Below, piece by piece: positions 12,301-26,095 of a DNA stretch of 64,000 nucleotides. Numbering within the stretch: the stretch's first letter is position 1; the number at the start of each line of letters is the position of its first letter. Position numbers and translations under genes: made by a program. Under the pieces are notes generated by a model. It saw only the letters and a program-made list of their open reading frames with translations. It ran no database searches and was not told the DNA's origin. This stretch comes from Azolla caroliniana (Eukaryota > Plantae > Polypodiophyta). The stretch covers positions 10,478,001-10,542,000 of the forward strand of contig JBHGNT010000021.1 in the NCBI GenBank assembly GCA_043228905.1, read 5' to 3'.

Positions 12301-13511
12301 GCCCCCACTGATTTTGAGCTCCCAGAGCGTCCCGTCGGTGAAGGTGTGTCCTATGCAGACCGGATCTTGTAAACTGGGGTCCGACGCAACCCCTCTGATT
12401 CAGGACTCGCTGCCCTCCGGTAAGGGTGCCGCGACTGGCCTTACCTTCCGGTCCACCGTCTTGTACTTCGTGCTAACCCGGGCCGTCCGATCCGACCCGA
12501 GCCCTTGACTGAAGTTCGCGATGACTTCGTACATCTCTTCGGAACATACCTGTATCGTCCGGTCTTTGTTAAGGTCTTCCCCGGCTACCTCCCTCAGCAT
12601 TCCCAAGGTGTCGTTGAAGGAGACCGCCTCCACGACTTCGCTGATTTCCTCGTCCGGGCCGAGAACTCCGCATGCTCGAAGTCGCTCCTCCGCCCTTGCC
12701 TTTTCTCGGCCAACGACACCGACTATCATACACCCTCCGTCGTTGGAGAAGAAAATTTTTCTACCTATTGTACAAGGTTTCTTCGGTTTCGGTTCTATTG
12801 TACAGCTGTGGGGTCTTTCCCGAGTGTCTGGACTGTCTCGGCCCCACGCCTTGGCAGCCCTCTCTAAAAATCCTCCCGGTTCTCGCCACCGAGGGATTCG
12901 CGGTTTCGCTCGTGGTTCGGCCGCACCGTAAGAAATTGGACCGAATGGCGCTCGTCCTGGTTTTTGACCCTCGCGTAGGCCGAACCGTTGTCCAGCACCT
13001 TGGTCTCCATTCGCGCCGCCGTGATGTATGGTTCCCCTAATATGACTGGGTGCGAGGACGTCTCCTGTACGAAGAAGTGCTGGTCAATCTCAACGTCGCC
13101 GATCTTGACTCACACGTTCGGGCAGGCCCCGTGCAGTTCCTCGGTGGCGCGCGTCGCCGCCCGTATCTTCCACCCGTGCTTGGTGTTGATCGTCCACTTT
13201 CCCTTCTTATAGAAGTCCATGGACATCAGGTTTATTTCCGAACCGTGGTCCACCAGTGCCACCACCGGTTCCTGAACATCTCCGATCTTTACCGGGGTCT
13301 CCGTGGTCGCTTGGGCCCAGTGTGGCCTCGAATAGTGGCTCTCCGCCCACTCATCTTCCAGCGCCAAGTCGTCGATGTGCGTCGTCTGCACCTCCACCGG
13401 TCTTTCCGGTTCCGTCTCCATCGACAGCCTCTTCCGCTTCACCAAGTCCACAATGGAGTCGTGGAACTCCTTCTTAGCGATCCCCAGCACCTCCCGCAAT
13501 GACAACTCCAC
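9370..13511 (-). pseudogene. pol: G1 pol (protease, RT, RNase H, integrase)
   Basis: VALVDHGSEINLM (PR); DLYSGYDQF, LPQG, PFLDD (RT); VDTSPTGIG (RH); TCESCQ, YNPEANGKVER, WFGPY (INT); several stops. Confidence 0.93.
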
Positions 13512-13519
13512 TTTGCTGT

Positions 13520-14974
13520 CGAGGATCCGTTCTTCTAGGACCTTTCGTAGGTCCGTGGTCCTTTCTATTTCCGTCCCTAGTCAGTATCCGCCCTTCCTGG
13601 GGTTATCTTGCACGCTGGACCCACCGGCATCGTTCCGTCGTTGCCCGAATCGGGTCTCGTATCGTTGTGAGGGCCCGGCTGCTCCGGCTTTCCCTACTCG
13701 TTTGTCTTCTACCAGAGCCTCGTAGTTCCGGCAGGCGGCTTCTACGAAGCCCGTCTTCTCCTCGACCGGGTCGCTCCACCTGGTTATTTCCCGGACCCGT
13801 CTCTCAGCGCGGTCCGCTTCATCTTTCCTCAGCCGTGCGCCGGCGAGGCCTTCCAGCATTGCCGACCAGAATCCGTCTTTGCTCTCCTTTCGGGCCTCGC
13901 TGCCCCCGACCCGAATACCGGCCGACGCCGAGTAGTGGATGGCCTCCACGTGTCGGGCTGCTGCCTCTTCCATCAGTCTCTTCATACCTCCTTGCCCGTC
14001 GTTCCGGTTTAGGGCCCTTCTGGTATCGCCGGCGTGCACCCGGCCTTCCCATAGGTACACCACCCGGTTCCTCAACGCCTCTGCGAAATCGCCGCAGTCC
14101 TTCCGAATGTGGCCGACCTCGTCGCACCACATGCACCTGTTCCTTGCTACCAGTCGTCGGTCACGAGCCGGTTCGCCGCCTTCCCTTCAAGTCTGGGCGA
14201 TCTGGAGATCCTTTATCGCCCGCGTCAACTCCTCCAGCGCTGCTCCTCCGGACAAGTCATTGACCATGCCGGTCGGAGCCATTCCCGGGCTTCTGCCCTT
14301 CGCCCTTGCGATGCCGGTTCAAGCCTCCTTGCTGTGACAGAGCCCGCACCGGCCGCCCCGTTATCAGCCCATTCTCGCCGTTTGTCGAAACGGCCACAGA
14401 CTCTCTTAACCGCAGCCCAGTCGGTCGTCAGCCCGTCTTCGGTTTCCAGCAAGGAGCCGACTTGATCCCGGTCCCGCTCGTCCACCGACTTGACGAACAG
14501 TAGGACCCGACTCGTATCCAGAATGGTTCGGTCAAGCGCCGAAAGGCGCGCAAAGCGTTCTTCAAACTCCCGGAGGAGTGCCGACGCGTTTCTTCCCTTG
14601 CCGGGGGACTCCACCCATTCCATGAAGTCCCGTTTCGAAAGCCGGAGCACGTCGTCCAACCCGTATTTTTCTAGGAGTCGGCCTTCGAACTCCTCCCAGG
14701 TACGGCTCTCCGCCTATACCTCGAGCACCTCCGCATGGATGCTTGGCATCGCCACTCGAGGGAACCCGGCAAGATGCCTCTCTTCCGGAATGTCCCGCAT
14801 CAGCATTTCTGCCCCGTAGGACGCCAAATACTTCGTGGCATCCTTTCCGCTGAACCGGCCGATCGTACCGACGACCGCCTCAATGGCTCTGTCGAGGGCG
14901 CCGGTGCCCTCGCGTGCGCTCAATATCCGATCCACGGCCGAAGCCATGGCCTCTGCAAGATCCGACCCCCTCAT
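13520..14974 (-). pseudogene. gag: G1 gag
   Basis: FSGKDATKYLASY; Zn knuckle CMWCDEVGHIRKDC; broken by stops and a frameshift. Confidence 0.85.
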
Positions 14975-14996
14975 CTTCTGCTCTTCTGCCGCCTCT

Positions 14997-15014
14997 TTCA
15001 CGTCGGGTTCACCA
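14997..15014 (-). promoter_or_regulatory. Primer binding site, tRNA-Trp
   Basis: TGGTGAACCCGACGTGAA, complementary to the plant tRNA-Trp 3' end (...TTCACGTCGGGTTCACCA). Confidence 0.88.
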
Positions 15015-15017
15015 AGA

Positions 15018-15663
15018 TGTCGAGGTATTACTCGCGGATGCGTGGAATGAGGCGGGGCCTCAGGGGTCTTGTACCGAAGAGCAAGAGACAAAGGAAAAGG
15101 GAAGAGACCCACTACGTGTGGGCGTAGATTCACAGGGACACGACCCTTCGACACAAAGACGCGAGTGGGACACGACGCAGAGAGACACGAATGTATGTAT
15201 ATATATATATTAACAAGGACAAACAACAAGAAGCACGAAGTCTGTTACAACCGAACAAGCCAGCGAACAGATGCCGATGCCTGTTCGTAAACGCTCAGAA
15301 AGAAAGGAGTAGCTTGGAGGTGCTGCCAGAAGCACTCGGGCATTCCTCAGAGCAGCGCGAGCCTCCCGAAACCCTGCACAGAAAGAAGCTACGGAGTATG
15401 GAAGAGAGAGAAGCCTTCGGCCCACAACCCGACAACACTTCGTCCTCTCTAACCGCGATCCCACTACTCCTCCTCGTCTCCCTCCTTTTATAGGCAAGAA
15501 AGGAGCCGTTTCCCATTAACTTCCTACCTACCGAATCTACCTACCTAGGATCTTCTATGTACCTAATTCTCTCTTATGTACTACATAAGACGCACGTGCA
15601 TGAAGAGCCGGTTCCTACGCTCCGGTGCACCGATTCCGCTTGTGGACGGTTTTCTTCACGACA
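15018..15663 (-). repeat. 5' LTR of G1
   Basis: 646 bp; about 11 substitutions and one 2-bp indel versus the 3' LTR. Confidence 0.96.
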
Positions 15664-15667
15664 ACGG

Positions 15668-18600
15668 ACCTTCCGAAAACAGGGGGAGTCGAGGCGACAA
15701 GAACCGGCAAGGGAAATCCATCACGAAAATCAGACGAGGTGTGGTACGTTGACTCCGGCGCATCAAACCACATGACGTGCCACAAGGAGTGGTTCTCATA
15801 CCTTGAGAAACCAATGCAACCGGGAGTAGTCGCAACCGGAGACGACACTCCGGATCCGATCGCTAATGTCGGTGAAGTTCCCTTGAGCCATGTCAGGCAG
15901 AAAGGGAAACTCCTGAACGTGTTACACGTCCCGGCAATCATGAAGAATCTGGTGTCGGTTGGGCAGATCGTCGACCAGGGGATGCAAGTCTAGTTCACAC
16001 ATCTCGGGTGCTTCATCGAGGAAGAAGGCTGAGTTATTGCGCAAGGAAGTAGAGATGGGAGGATGTTTATCCTCAACTCTAGTTGCGGTGGCACCACAAT
16101 GTTCGTGAAAGGACAAAAATTTGAGTAAGATATCGACTTATGGCACAAGCGGATAGGCCACATCAACTATCAACGGCTTCAGGACCTACAATCGAAATAG
16201 GTGGTGTTCGGATTGCCCAAATTTAGTGGCCGGAAGGCACAAATTTGTGAAGCCTGCCAGCTAGGGAAGCAACACCGACTTCCTTTCCCCAACGAGTGTA
16301 ACAGGAGCCAGAACAAGCTCAACTTGATACATTCTGATGTATGGGGGCCGGCACAAAACATTAGTCTTGGCAGGAATCGATATTTCGTCTCCTTCATCGA
16401 CGACTATACGCGGCACACGTGGATCTACCTCAAGAGTGAAGTCTCCGACTGTTTCCGGGACCTCAAGAGTTTTGTCAATAGGGAAATAAGAAGAAAGATC
16501 AAGTGCATACGGTCGGATGGCGGAAAAGAGTACTTTTCTGGTCAATTCAACGGGTATCTACAACAAATGGGAATTCGACGCAAATTCAATTGCAGATATA
16601 CGCCGGAGCAAAATGGCGTGGCCGAAAGGAAAAATCGGTCAGTTGTGGAAGCGGCGCGGGCAATGCTGGAGGAGAAGAGCTTGCCCAAGTTCTACTGGGC
16701 CGAAGCAGTTCGGACCACGGTGTACATCCAGAATCGAATTGGAGACAAAGTGTCAGCACATGAGCTGTATTTTGGAAGGAAGCCGAATCTACGACACTTG
16801 AGAGTTTTCGGTAGCATTGTGTATGTGCATGTGCCAAAGGAGAAACGGAGGAAGTTGGACGTGAAAGCCGAGAAATGTATCTTGGTTGGCTATTCGGATG
16901 AGCAGAGGGGTTATAAGTGTTATAACCCTCGCACCAAACAAGCGTGCGTGCGCCGCGACGTTGTGTTTGACGAGTCCGCGTCCTGGTACTTGCCTTCGAC
17001 TATGGACCTCACCTCCAATCCGAGTCCTAACGATGAGGTCAGTGAGGCCGAGATGCCTCCGGATGAGCCTGAAATCGGGACCCGCGAAGAGAGTCCGATT
17101 TCGTTTCAGTTGAGTGGACCGAATGGACGATTGAGTCGGTTTGACCAGTCCGAAGAAGAGCCGGCGAGTAGTGGAGACTCAGCTATCCATTCCCCACGCA
17201 GGAAGCTGAGGAGACTACTTATGCGCAAGGAAAAAGGGAAGAAGAAGGTGTCGGATTATGGCACGGATAGGAACGAGTTGGATCGACGCGAGTTTGACTC
17301 TGAGGGAAATGATGACGGGTCTTCAAGAGTGAAATTCGCGTCGGTTGAGAAAGCCTCAACATCGGCTAATGAGCAATTATGCCGATCTACCCGCCAAAAG
17401 AACCCTATTGTGCGGTTCGGTTGCAACGAGTACATGGTGCATCACTATGCGTACATGACACGTGTAGTGGAAGTGCGTGAGCCGGAGAGCTACGTAGAAG
17501 CGGCAAAAGACGCGAATTGGCGTGCTGCGATGGAGGAAGAGATGCGCGCATTGGCTGAAAATGAAACCTGGGACTTAGTTGACGCACCGAAAGGTGTGAA
17601 GCCGATCGGATGTAGGTGGGTGTACAAGGTAAAGTACAACACTGACGGCTCGGTCAACCGATACAAGGCCCGGTTAGTAGCAAAAGGTTACGCGCAGCAA
17701 CATGGCATCGACTATGATGAGACGTTTGCACCGGTCGCGAAGATGACGACTGTCCGTGTTTTGCTCGCGATATCTGCGACAAAGGGGTGGCACTTACATC
17801 AGATGGATGTAAAGAATGCATTCCTACAAGGTGAGCTTGAGGAACAGGTGTACATGGTACAACCCCCCGGATTTCACTCCAGAACGAACACTTCGGCTAT
17901 GTACATATTGAAGAAGTTCCTTTACAGACTAAAGCAAGCCCCGTGTGCCTGGAACGCGAAGATCACGTAGCAATTGCGTAGGATGGTCTTTGCGACGTCA
18001 AAATCGGACTCCTCACTATTCATCCGGAAAGGTCGACTCGAGCCGGTTAGTATTTTACTTTATGTTGATGACTTGGTCATCACCGGCGCTGACCTAAGTG
18101 AAATCGACCGCGTGAAGCTCCAGCTTGCGGCATCATTCGACATGAAGGATTTGGGGGACTTTCATTACTTCCTTGGGATCGAAGTGATCTGCACCCCCGA
18201 AGGCATATTGATTAGCCAACGTCATTACGCGCTGCATATGCTCTTCAAGTTCGGGATGGAAAATTGTAAGCCCATCTCGACCCCTCTAGATAGAAATGTG
18301 AAGCTTCGCCCAGATTCGGGAAAAGCGTGCGACCTGACACGGTTCCGACAGATTGTCGGAAACCTCATCTATTTGACTATTACTCAGCCGGACCTCAGTT
18401 ACCCGGTCGGACTAATCAGTCAATTTATGTCCTAGTCTACGGCCGAACACTTTCAGTGTGCGCAAAGGATATTGCGATATGTTAGCAGCATGAAAGGCAT
18501 GGCGTTGCTATATCGAGCAGGCGTTGTCGAACAGTTAGTCGGCTACACGGATGCTGATTGGGCCGGAAATGCCCACGATCGTAGATCCACATCCGGATAT

Positions 18601-19206
18601 GCATTCTCTCTAGGAAGTGCGGCGATTGCGTGGAGCAGTAAGAAACATCCAATAGTAGCACTGTCGAGCACGGAGGTTCAGTATCAAGGGGCGACTATCG
18701 CTACGTGCGAAGTCATTTGGCTGAAACAACTACTTAAGGATCTGCAGGTGGAGGTATCTAATCCAACAACAATCTACTGCGACAACCTCAGCAACATCCA
18801 GCTAGCAAAGAACCCCGTCTTTCACGCCTAGACTAAGCACATTGAGGTGCACTACCATTTCATCCGTGATCGTGTCCTCTCCGGTGAAGTGAAACTTCAA
18901 TATGTTCCGACGGATCGGCAAACCACCGACATCTTCACCAAGCCTCTTGGTTTGGACAAGTTGCGGCAATTCTCGAGTGCGCTTGGCTTGCGTAATGTCG
19001 ACGTGCCGAACGTGAGGGGGAGAGACGTCCCGAATGACCACGGAAGGGGGAGAGAAGTTCCGGAAGACTGCGATGCCGAGTTAGATGATGAATTCGATTT
19101 TGGATCGGCTGAAGATGCGGAGGGCGGATCTGTGGAAGATTCCGAAAGTGGACATAAGGGGAGCAGTCAAAAGAAAGAGCCGAAGCCAACCAAGCGTGGG
19201 GGAGAC
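15668..19206 (+). pseudogene. pol: Copia A pol (PR, GAG-pre-integrase, INT, RT, RH)
   Basis: [97 protein letters not shown]; premature stops. Confidence 0.95.
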
Positions 19207-19701
19207 TGTTGTCCATAGGCCAGAAATATAAATACATAATATGTAATCTCACCGGTAGGTAGAAAAGTAGGTGAGGAAATAGGTAGAACTAGAATAAGTC
19301 GAGTTTTTAGTCCTCACAATTAGCCGATGGCTCGGTGTCTAAAGAAGAGAACTATATAAACCGAGATCTACATACCTTGAAGGGGGAGATCTAGATTATT
19401 TAGCAAGATTAATATCATAGCACTGAGCTCTGCACAAACTGTTGCCGGCCGAGAGACGTGTAGTGTAATCATTGTGAGCTTTATCATTTAATATAAGTCT
19501 CGCTCTTACTGTTCTTTCATCTGTGTATTCTCCCCGTACTCATAAACCGAGCTACGTCTCTGTCTAACGGGTTGTAGCCCGTGTACGCTTCTTGTTCCCA
19601 TAACGTCTTCTCGGTGCAGAAGAGGGTTCCACGTAACACGACCTCTTGATACCGATAGCCTGTGGACTCATCGAAGGTGTTTCCCCCAGAAACGGTTAAC
19701 A
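19207..19701 (+). repeat. 5' LTR of F
   Basis: TGTTG...TTAACA; homologous to 29712-30329. Confidence 0.92.
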
Positions 19702-19892
19702 CAATTTGGCACGCCCAGTTACAGCTGTAAGGTCACAACGAACTACGTAGGAGGCAAACCTCAACCGCCATTACGGCAGCCAATCGCATCACGCAGTCTC
19801 GACCACCTGCCCGACGCCCTGAGCCAGTCGAAGGAACTTCCGACTCGGCGGTCACTGACCAATCTTTTCAGGAACTATCAGAGGCTCACCGG

Positions 19893-22800
19893 TTGCATTC
19901 CTCACCACCCGATACCCAGTCACGAGTTGATTCCGCACTGACCTCCCCGCCAAGCCCTCCAAAGGTCACCCAACCTGACCCTAACCCTTTTCCAGTTTTA
20001 CCTGAAGACCCAGATCTCGATACAATGCCTTACCCTTACCCACGATATACAGACGGCCCCGACGCGGAATCTGTTGGGAATATGTCCCTCCAGTGGGAGG
20101 ATGATCCGACTGTTCGGAAAGCCGACAATCGAAGAGTTTGAAGACAGGAGCCGAGTTGATGAGGAACTCAGCTGAAACCGGAATTGTGTAAATAGCCAAC
20201 TCGGGAGACTATTTTTTGTAAATAGTCTAAGTGTGCGCCCCATGAGGGCCACTAATGTAAATAACCAGAAAATTGCGTAAGTATATATGCAACTAGGGCA
20301 AACTTTTAGCCATGTGAGTTAGAGTGAGAATAGATTGTGTGTGCAGAAGTTGTAGAACGCAAGAGAGTGTGAGAGAGGAAGGTAGAGCCGCGCCATAACT
20401 ATGTGTGTAACAGTAGACGCGAAGAGCCCTGTGCGACCGATGCACTCGTGAGAGAGTGTTGTAATCTTCTCGCTATTGTATATCCACTATTTTGTATAGT
20501 GAAGAATCTGTTCCCGTGGTTTTTTTCCCGTTTTAGGGTTTCCACGTAAATCTCTATGTATACTTCTATTCATCTTGTCTTTTTGTATTTCTGCAATTCG
20601 TATTTCAATGTGTAATCTGTTCACTGTGATTTATATTCCACAACGTTTTCTCATCAGAATCACACACCCATGCTTTTGTGTCCACATGGCAGGCCAACCA
20701 CTCGACGCAGCGGTTATCGGCTGCTGAAATCGAGTCCTCCAAAATCGCGGAATTTGCTATATCCCTCGATGGGCCGACTGCTCGATGGTATTCCCGCATG
20801 GACGTGGGGGAGGTCACAATGTTCCAGGACATTTGCACAAAGTTTCTAGAATTATTCCACCGCGAAGTTCCAAAGCGCGAACTGCTTCAACAGTTCTTTT
20901 CCATGAGCCAAGAACCTCACGAGACGGTTGCCCAGTTCACGATCCGGTTTCAGGATCTCTATCGACAACTGGCTGACGATGTCTCCACTCATCACATTCC
21001 AGATACCTTCCTTTCCAGTGTACGGGAGCCTCTACGGACGACTCTCGCACTTACCAATTTCTCTAACTAGACAATCGAGCAAGTCATCGCACGCGTCCTT
21101 GCCATCGATCGGACACAACATAACACGACTTTCTCCATGGGCTCTTTGCAAAGCACCCTTCCTTAGGAGGACAACCGGTTCCGACAAGCCCTCCAATGCA
21201 CAGTCTGCTCGGGCTCAGACCATCTGGCTCTCGAGTGCCCTCACTGGACACATTGTCCAATCTGTCAGTTCCGATCCCACATGATTGAACAATGCGAATA
21301 CAACATGCTCAACCGCACAACGACGGCTCCAGTCCGCCAGATCGAGCCTTGAAATACATACTCACGGCAGGACGAACGTAAATCTTATCGACATCGGGAG
21401 AACGAGCGACCACGATCCCCAGATCGTAAGTGCTTCGACGATGACTACCGCCGCGAGAAACCCAGGAGATCAGATGATCGTCGGGACCAATACCGCGATG
21501 ACCAATATAGAGCAAACGATGAGTATGACCGGTACGACGACGACCGGGATGATCGCTACGATCAGCGGTATTCACGAAATGATAGAAGAAACTCTTACAG
21601 AGGTTCACGGAACAATCGACGGCATAACGACAATCGTCGTCGGGACCCCCCTCCAAACGTACCGCACAACTCCCTTCCCCATAACATGCCACGGGCCAAC
21701 ATGCCTACACAAGGAGCCGGGAACCGCTCACAACCTTTCCCACACACTGAGCACGGTGACACTAGCAACTCGTCATCCGTTACCTGCTTTAAGTGTAACC
21801 AACCCGGCCACTACGCTACCCAATGCCCAACCACGGACTGCGGCAAGGCCCCGGCCATGAATATTATTATGGCCGACGTTCAACATGTCACTACATGCAG
21901 CAAAACCCAAGCCATCCAATGGCAAGTACAAGATGACGTCTGACAAGTAGCCAAGGAATGGATTGACACTGCCAATTAAAGCAATGTGGAGCGGATGCAC
22001 ACGGAGATGCAGGACGTGACCATCAACGCACCACAGCCCGCAGAACCATCCACCGTGGCAGAAGATGACCATCTGTGGGAGGCCCTTACCAGTTCTAGGA
22101 TCTCGTTGCCATTGCATAAGCTTTTACCGCTCATGTCGCGCTTTCGGGATACCTTGGCTATGCTCATGACTAACGACAAATCGGCCGCAACCCCTATTAA
22201 CCTGGCAGAGCGAGGGACGGGCCCACTCATCATGAATTGCCAGAATCCAGCTGTGAAAATTATGCTTAAAGGACGCGATCTTCATGGATGCATAATCGAC
22301 GGTGGCTCCGGCGTGAACGTCATCAACGAGGCCACATGTCACACACTCGGTCTGAACCAATGGGAACCTTGCCCCTTTTGGCTTCGGATGGCTGATACGC
22401 GATCGATTCACCCCATACGGTTCCATACGGTCAATCCGCCACCTCAACTTCATGTTAGGAGGCCACATGTTCACTATCTCGGTAGTCGTGTTACACCTCG
22501 AACCTCCGGGCGCCTACCCAATGCTGCTTGGCCGAACCTGGTTGCGCACAACAAATATTAAGCAACATTGGCAGCGAAATATGATCTCTTTCTACCGGGG
22601 GAAGACAAAGGTATGAGTAATAACAGAAGAACGCCTAACCACACCCCACAACACTAGACCCCTATATGCAGAAGGGGTACACATGCTCGACGGGTTAGCT
22701 GACGAAGAGGTGGATGACTTCCTGGAAGATCATCCCACTATCATACCCCTCTTCGAAATAAACACCATCTCGGCCTTCGGCACACCATCGGACGAGGATG

Positions 22801-25500
22801 TCACGGCAGATTCACTTCCCTAGGACGAGGCCGATTCCACAACTATTGCGGAATTACGACAAGCTCGAGACGCGTTTGAACAAGAACTCATCATCTCACA
22901 ACAAGTCAAAGCATCAACGCTCGAATCACTGAACCTCGGCTCGGACGAGAACCCACGTACACTACAAATCGCTAACAACTTACCAGCCGACGAATAGACA
23001 ACCCTGATACGCCTGCTCACGGAGTATCAGGATGTATTCGCATGGTCTTACATTGATATGAAGGGATTGGACCCCCAATATTACCAACACCAAGTACACC
23101 TCCTGCTTGACACTCGGCCGATCCAACAACAGATAGTGTCCTCGACACAATGGCTTGTCATGAATGCTACAATTTCCTCGATGGGTTAAGTGGCTATAAT
23201 CAAATCATAATGCACCCGGACGATCAGGAGAAAATGACATTTGTCACGGAATGGGGTGTCTTCGTGGCCGAGGTAATGATGTTCGGATTAAAAATGGCAC
23301 CGACCACATTCCAACGGATCATCACAGAGATTCTCAACGAGTATATCCCGACGTTCATGCAAGTGTTCCTCGACGACTTTGTCGTGTATGGCCAGGGGCT
23401 GGAGCATATGACCCAGCTATGCCTCTGTCTCGATTGATGTCGACAAGCTCGATTGAGCTTAAATCCGGCGAAATGTGTGTTCTTGGTGACAAGCGACAAC
23501 TTGCTCGGGCACATAGTCAGCCAGGAAGGTATCGACATGGGCCCGGATAAAGTGCAAGCCATTCTGAACACTCCCACGCGCTCTACCGCGAAGGCTCTTA
23601 GCCGATTCCTGGGCCAAATTAGATGGCATAGCCGGATGTTACGACACTTGGCCGATTTCGCGACTCCATTGCACGCGGCGGTGCATAGACTCCCATTTTA
23701 GTGGTCTTCAACAGAAGACGAAGCTTACCAAGCCTTGAAGTTAATGCTCTCCCATGCCCCTGTGGTACAACCACCAGTCTAGTCGGAACCTTTTCACGTC
23801 TTCGTAGATGCATCAGATATAGCCATCGACAACGCACTCACGCAACGCACACCACCAAATTTGTACCGGCCAGTGTATTACGCTAGTCGACGTCTCTTGG
23901 CCGCGGAGAAGAACTACTCAACAATTGAACGTGAGGCCCTCGGTATGGTTTACAACATCAACAAATTCCGGTATTACCTCTTGGGCCGGAACTTCACATT
24001 CCACATCGATCACTCGACTCTCCTCTACTTGGTTAATAAGCAGGCCCTCACAGGTCGCCTGGCCCGATGGATGCTCTTGCTACAGGAGTTTGATTTCCAG
24101 ATCCAGCACCGGCCCGACGTCCAACACGCCGTAGCTGACTACCTGAGCCGCCTCGAGTCAGGAGAACCAACCAAGTCCACGTATGATGATCTACCCGATG
24201 CCGCCCTTTTCAGTCTCGCAACGGTGCCAGATGAAAATAAAGATGAATGGATCATGGAGATGACCCATTTTCTCAGCACCGGCCTTCCTCCCGACCACTT
24301 GACCCTCGACGCTCGGAAATGACTAGCTGTCAGGAGCCGAAACTTTTGTCTGGTCTCCGACACCCTCTACCACAAAGGCTCGGATGGCATCTGGCCCCAT
24401 GCAATCCGTCAATTCGAGAAACACACAATCCTCTAGGAGGCACATCACGGAATCACGAGCGGACATTACGTTGGAAAGGCCACGACAAGAAAAATATGGA
24501 AAAGTGGCTTATGGTGGCCCACCACAAAAAAAGATGCTCATGAATTCTGTCGACAATGCGATCTGTGTCAACGCATGGGACAACCAACCGAGCAAGCCCG
24601 GATGCCGCACCAACCCATCCTCCTGTTAGAGCCATTTCAAAAGTGGGGGTTAGATTTTGTGGGACTTTTCAAACCAGCCACGACTCGCACCGGTAACCAA
24701 TACATAATCGTGGCCATGGACTATTGCACCAAATGGGTCTAGGCTAAGGCACTACGGGATAACACGGCTGCATCCATGGCAAAATTCGTATACGAACATC
24801 TATGGTGCCGATATGGATGCCCAATCGAGCTCATTAGTGACCAAGGCGGGCATTTTATAAACCACATAATTCACGAGCTCACTACACACTACGCGGTCGT
24901 ACATAAGAAAAGTACACCGTACTATCCTCAGGCAAACGGATTGGCAGATTCTACTAATAAAATTTTGCAAACAATCTTGAAAAAGATCGTCAATGAGAAC
25001 CACACCGATTCGGGATGACAAGCTCCAGAGTGCATTATGGGCGTATCGCACCACATTTAAAACTAGCATTCAATCTACACCCTTTTGGATGGCCTTTGGT
25101 TTAGAAGCAGTCATGCCGATCGAGTTCCAAGTTCCAAGTCTCCGAGTTCAGGTTAAGGAAAGGCTACCCAAGGCCCAATCAGAACAATATCGGCTCGAAC
25201 AACTCCTCGAACTCGGCGAACATCGAGTGGCCAACATAGCTCAACTGTAACAACACCAACGGCAACGCAAAGCCTTCATCGATTGTCACCGGAAAGGTAT
25301 GGAGAAAACACTTACTTTCGGTAAACCGATACTAGTCTTCCAAACACGACTCGGGGCTATGCCGGGGAAATTACGATTCCGATGGACAGACCCCTTCTGG
25401 ATTATTGACGAGTTTAATGGCACATTCCAACTCAGCACACTTGCCGGGGACATCGTCAAAAGTTGGGTAAATGGATTCTGACTTCGACCTTACCATGGAA
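19893..25500 (+). pseudogene. F gag-pol
   Basis: Gag core (LDGPTARWY..SQEPHETV), three CCHC knuckles, IIDGGSGVNVI (PR), FLDGLSGYNQI and FLDD (RT, with an internal deletion near 23130), NYSTIEREAL (RH), ELISDQGGHF and YYPQANG (INT); many stops. Confidence 0.92.
20072..20656 (+). mobile_element. Solo LTR, family D
   Basis: TG...CA; perfect TSD GAATC (20067-20071, 20657-20661); homologous to the LTRs of 52066-57689; F gag is continuous across it. Confidence 0.93.
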
Positions 25501-26095
25501 ATACCCAGATAATCCCTTCACTGAGTCTCACGGCACAAACCAGTTCACGGACGACGCCATGAAGGAGGCCACATGTCCCCATCGGTAAAATAATGACCTA
25601 CCCACCAAATGTAGATAGTAGGAATAGTTTTAGCATTTCAATTAGCCTTACCTAACCTAGCTAATAAATCACCCCAAATCACGACATTTTCTTAGGCGCA
25701 CCAACTAGTCACGTTCACCTTAAAGTAGAATATTTAAGGAACATGCACACCAGACAAAGCACTCCTATGACGCGTGGCCATAATACCTTATTATGGCAGC
25801 CACAACCAGGAATAAAAAAGATCTTCTCCCTGTACAAAACCCTAGGCAATCACATAAAAGAAACTACCCCACACACAACACGCCCACTCACATAGAAACG
25901 TTCTTGCCTTCACCACCTTCAAGCTCCCAAGCTCTCTCTCGTTCTCATCACTCCTACAAACAGGCCTCGTCTCGCCCTCGTAGCCCTTGCACAGAACAAT
26001 GGTGTCCTCCCCAACCACCTTCTTCCATCTCTCTGTCTCGCCCTCGTCTCATCGCTTCCCCCCACGCCCCCTGTCAACAAACCTTCGAGACCACC

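Larger units (their letters stand above)
8653..15663 (-). mobile_element. Full-length Ty3/gypsy element G1 (non-chromovirus, tRNA-Trp primed, Phygy-like)
   Basis: LTRs 8653-9296 and 15018-15663, 4-bp TSD ACGG, PBS-Trp, PPT GGTGGGGGCAGA adjacent to 9296, gag-PR-RT-RH-INT on the minus strand. Confidence 0.95.

Noticed and set aside
14997-15014. tRNA-Trp gene
   Set aside because: Only the 3' 18 nt including CCA; it is a PBS.
9428-15229. Many overlapping ORFs in G1
   Set aside because: Alternative-frame or antisense shadows of GC-rich gag-pol.
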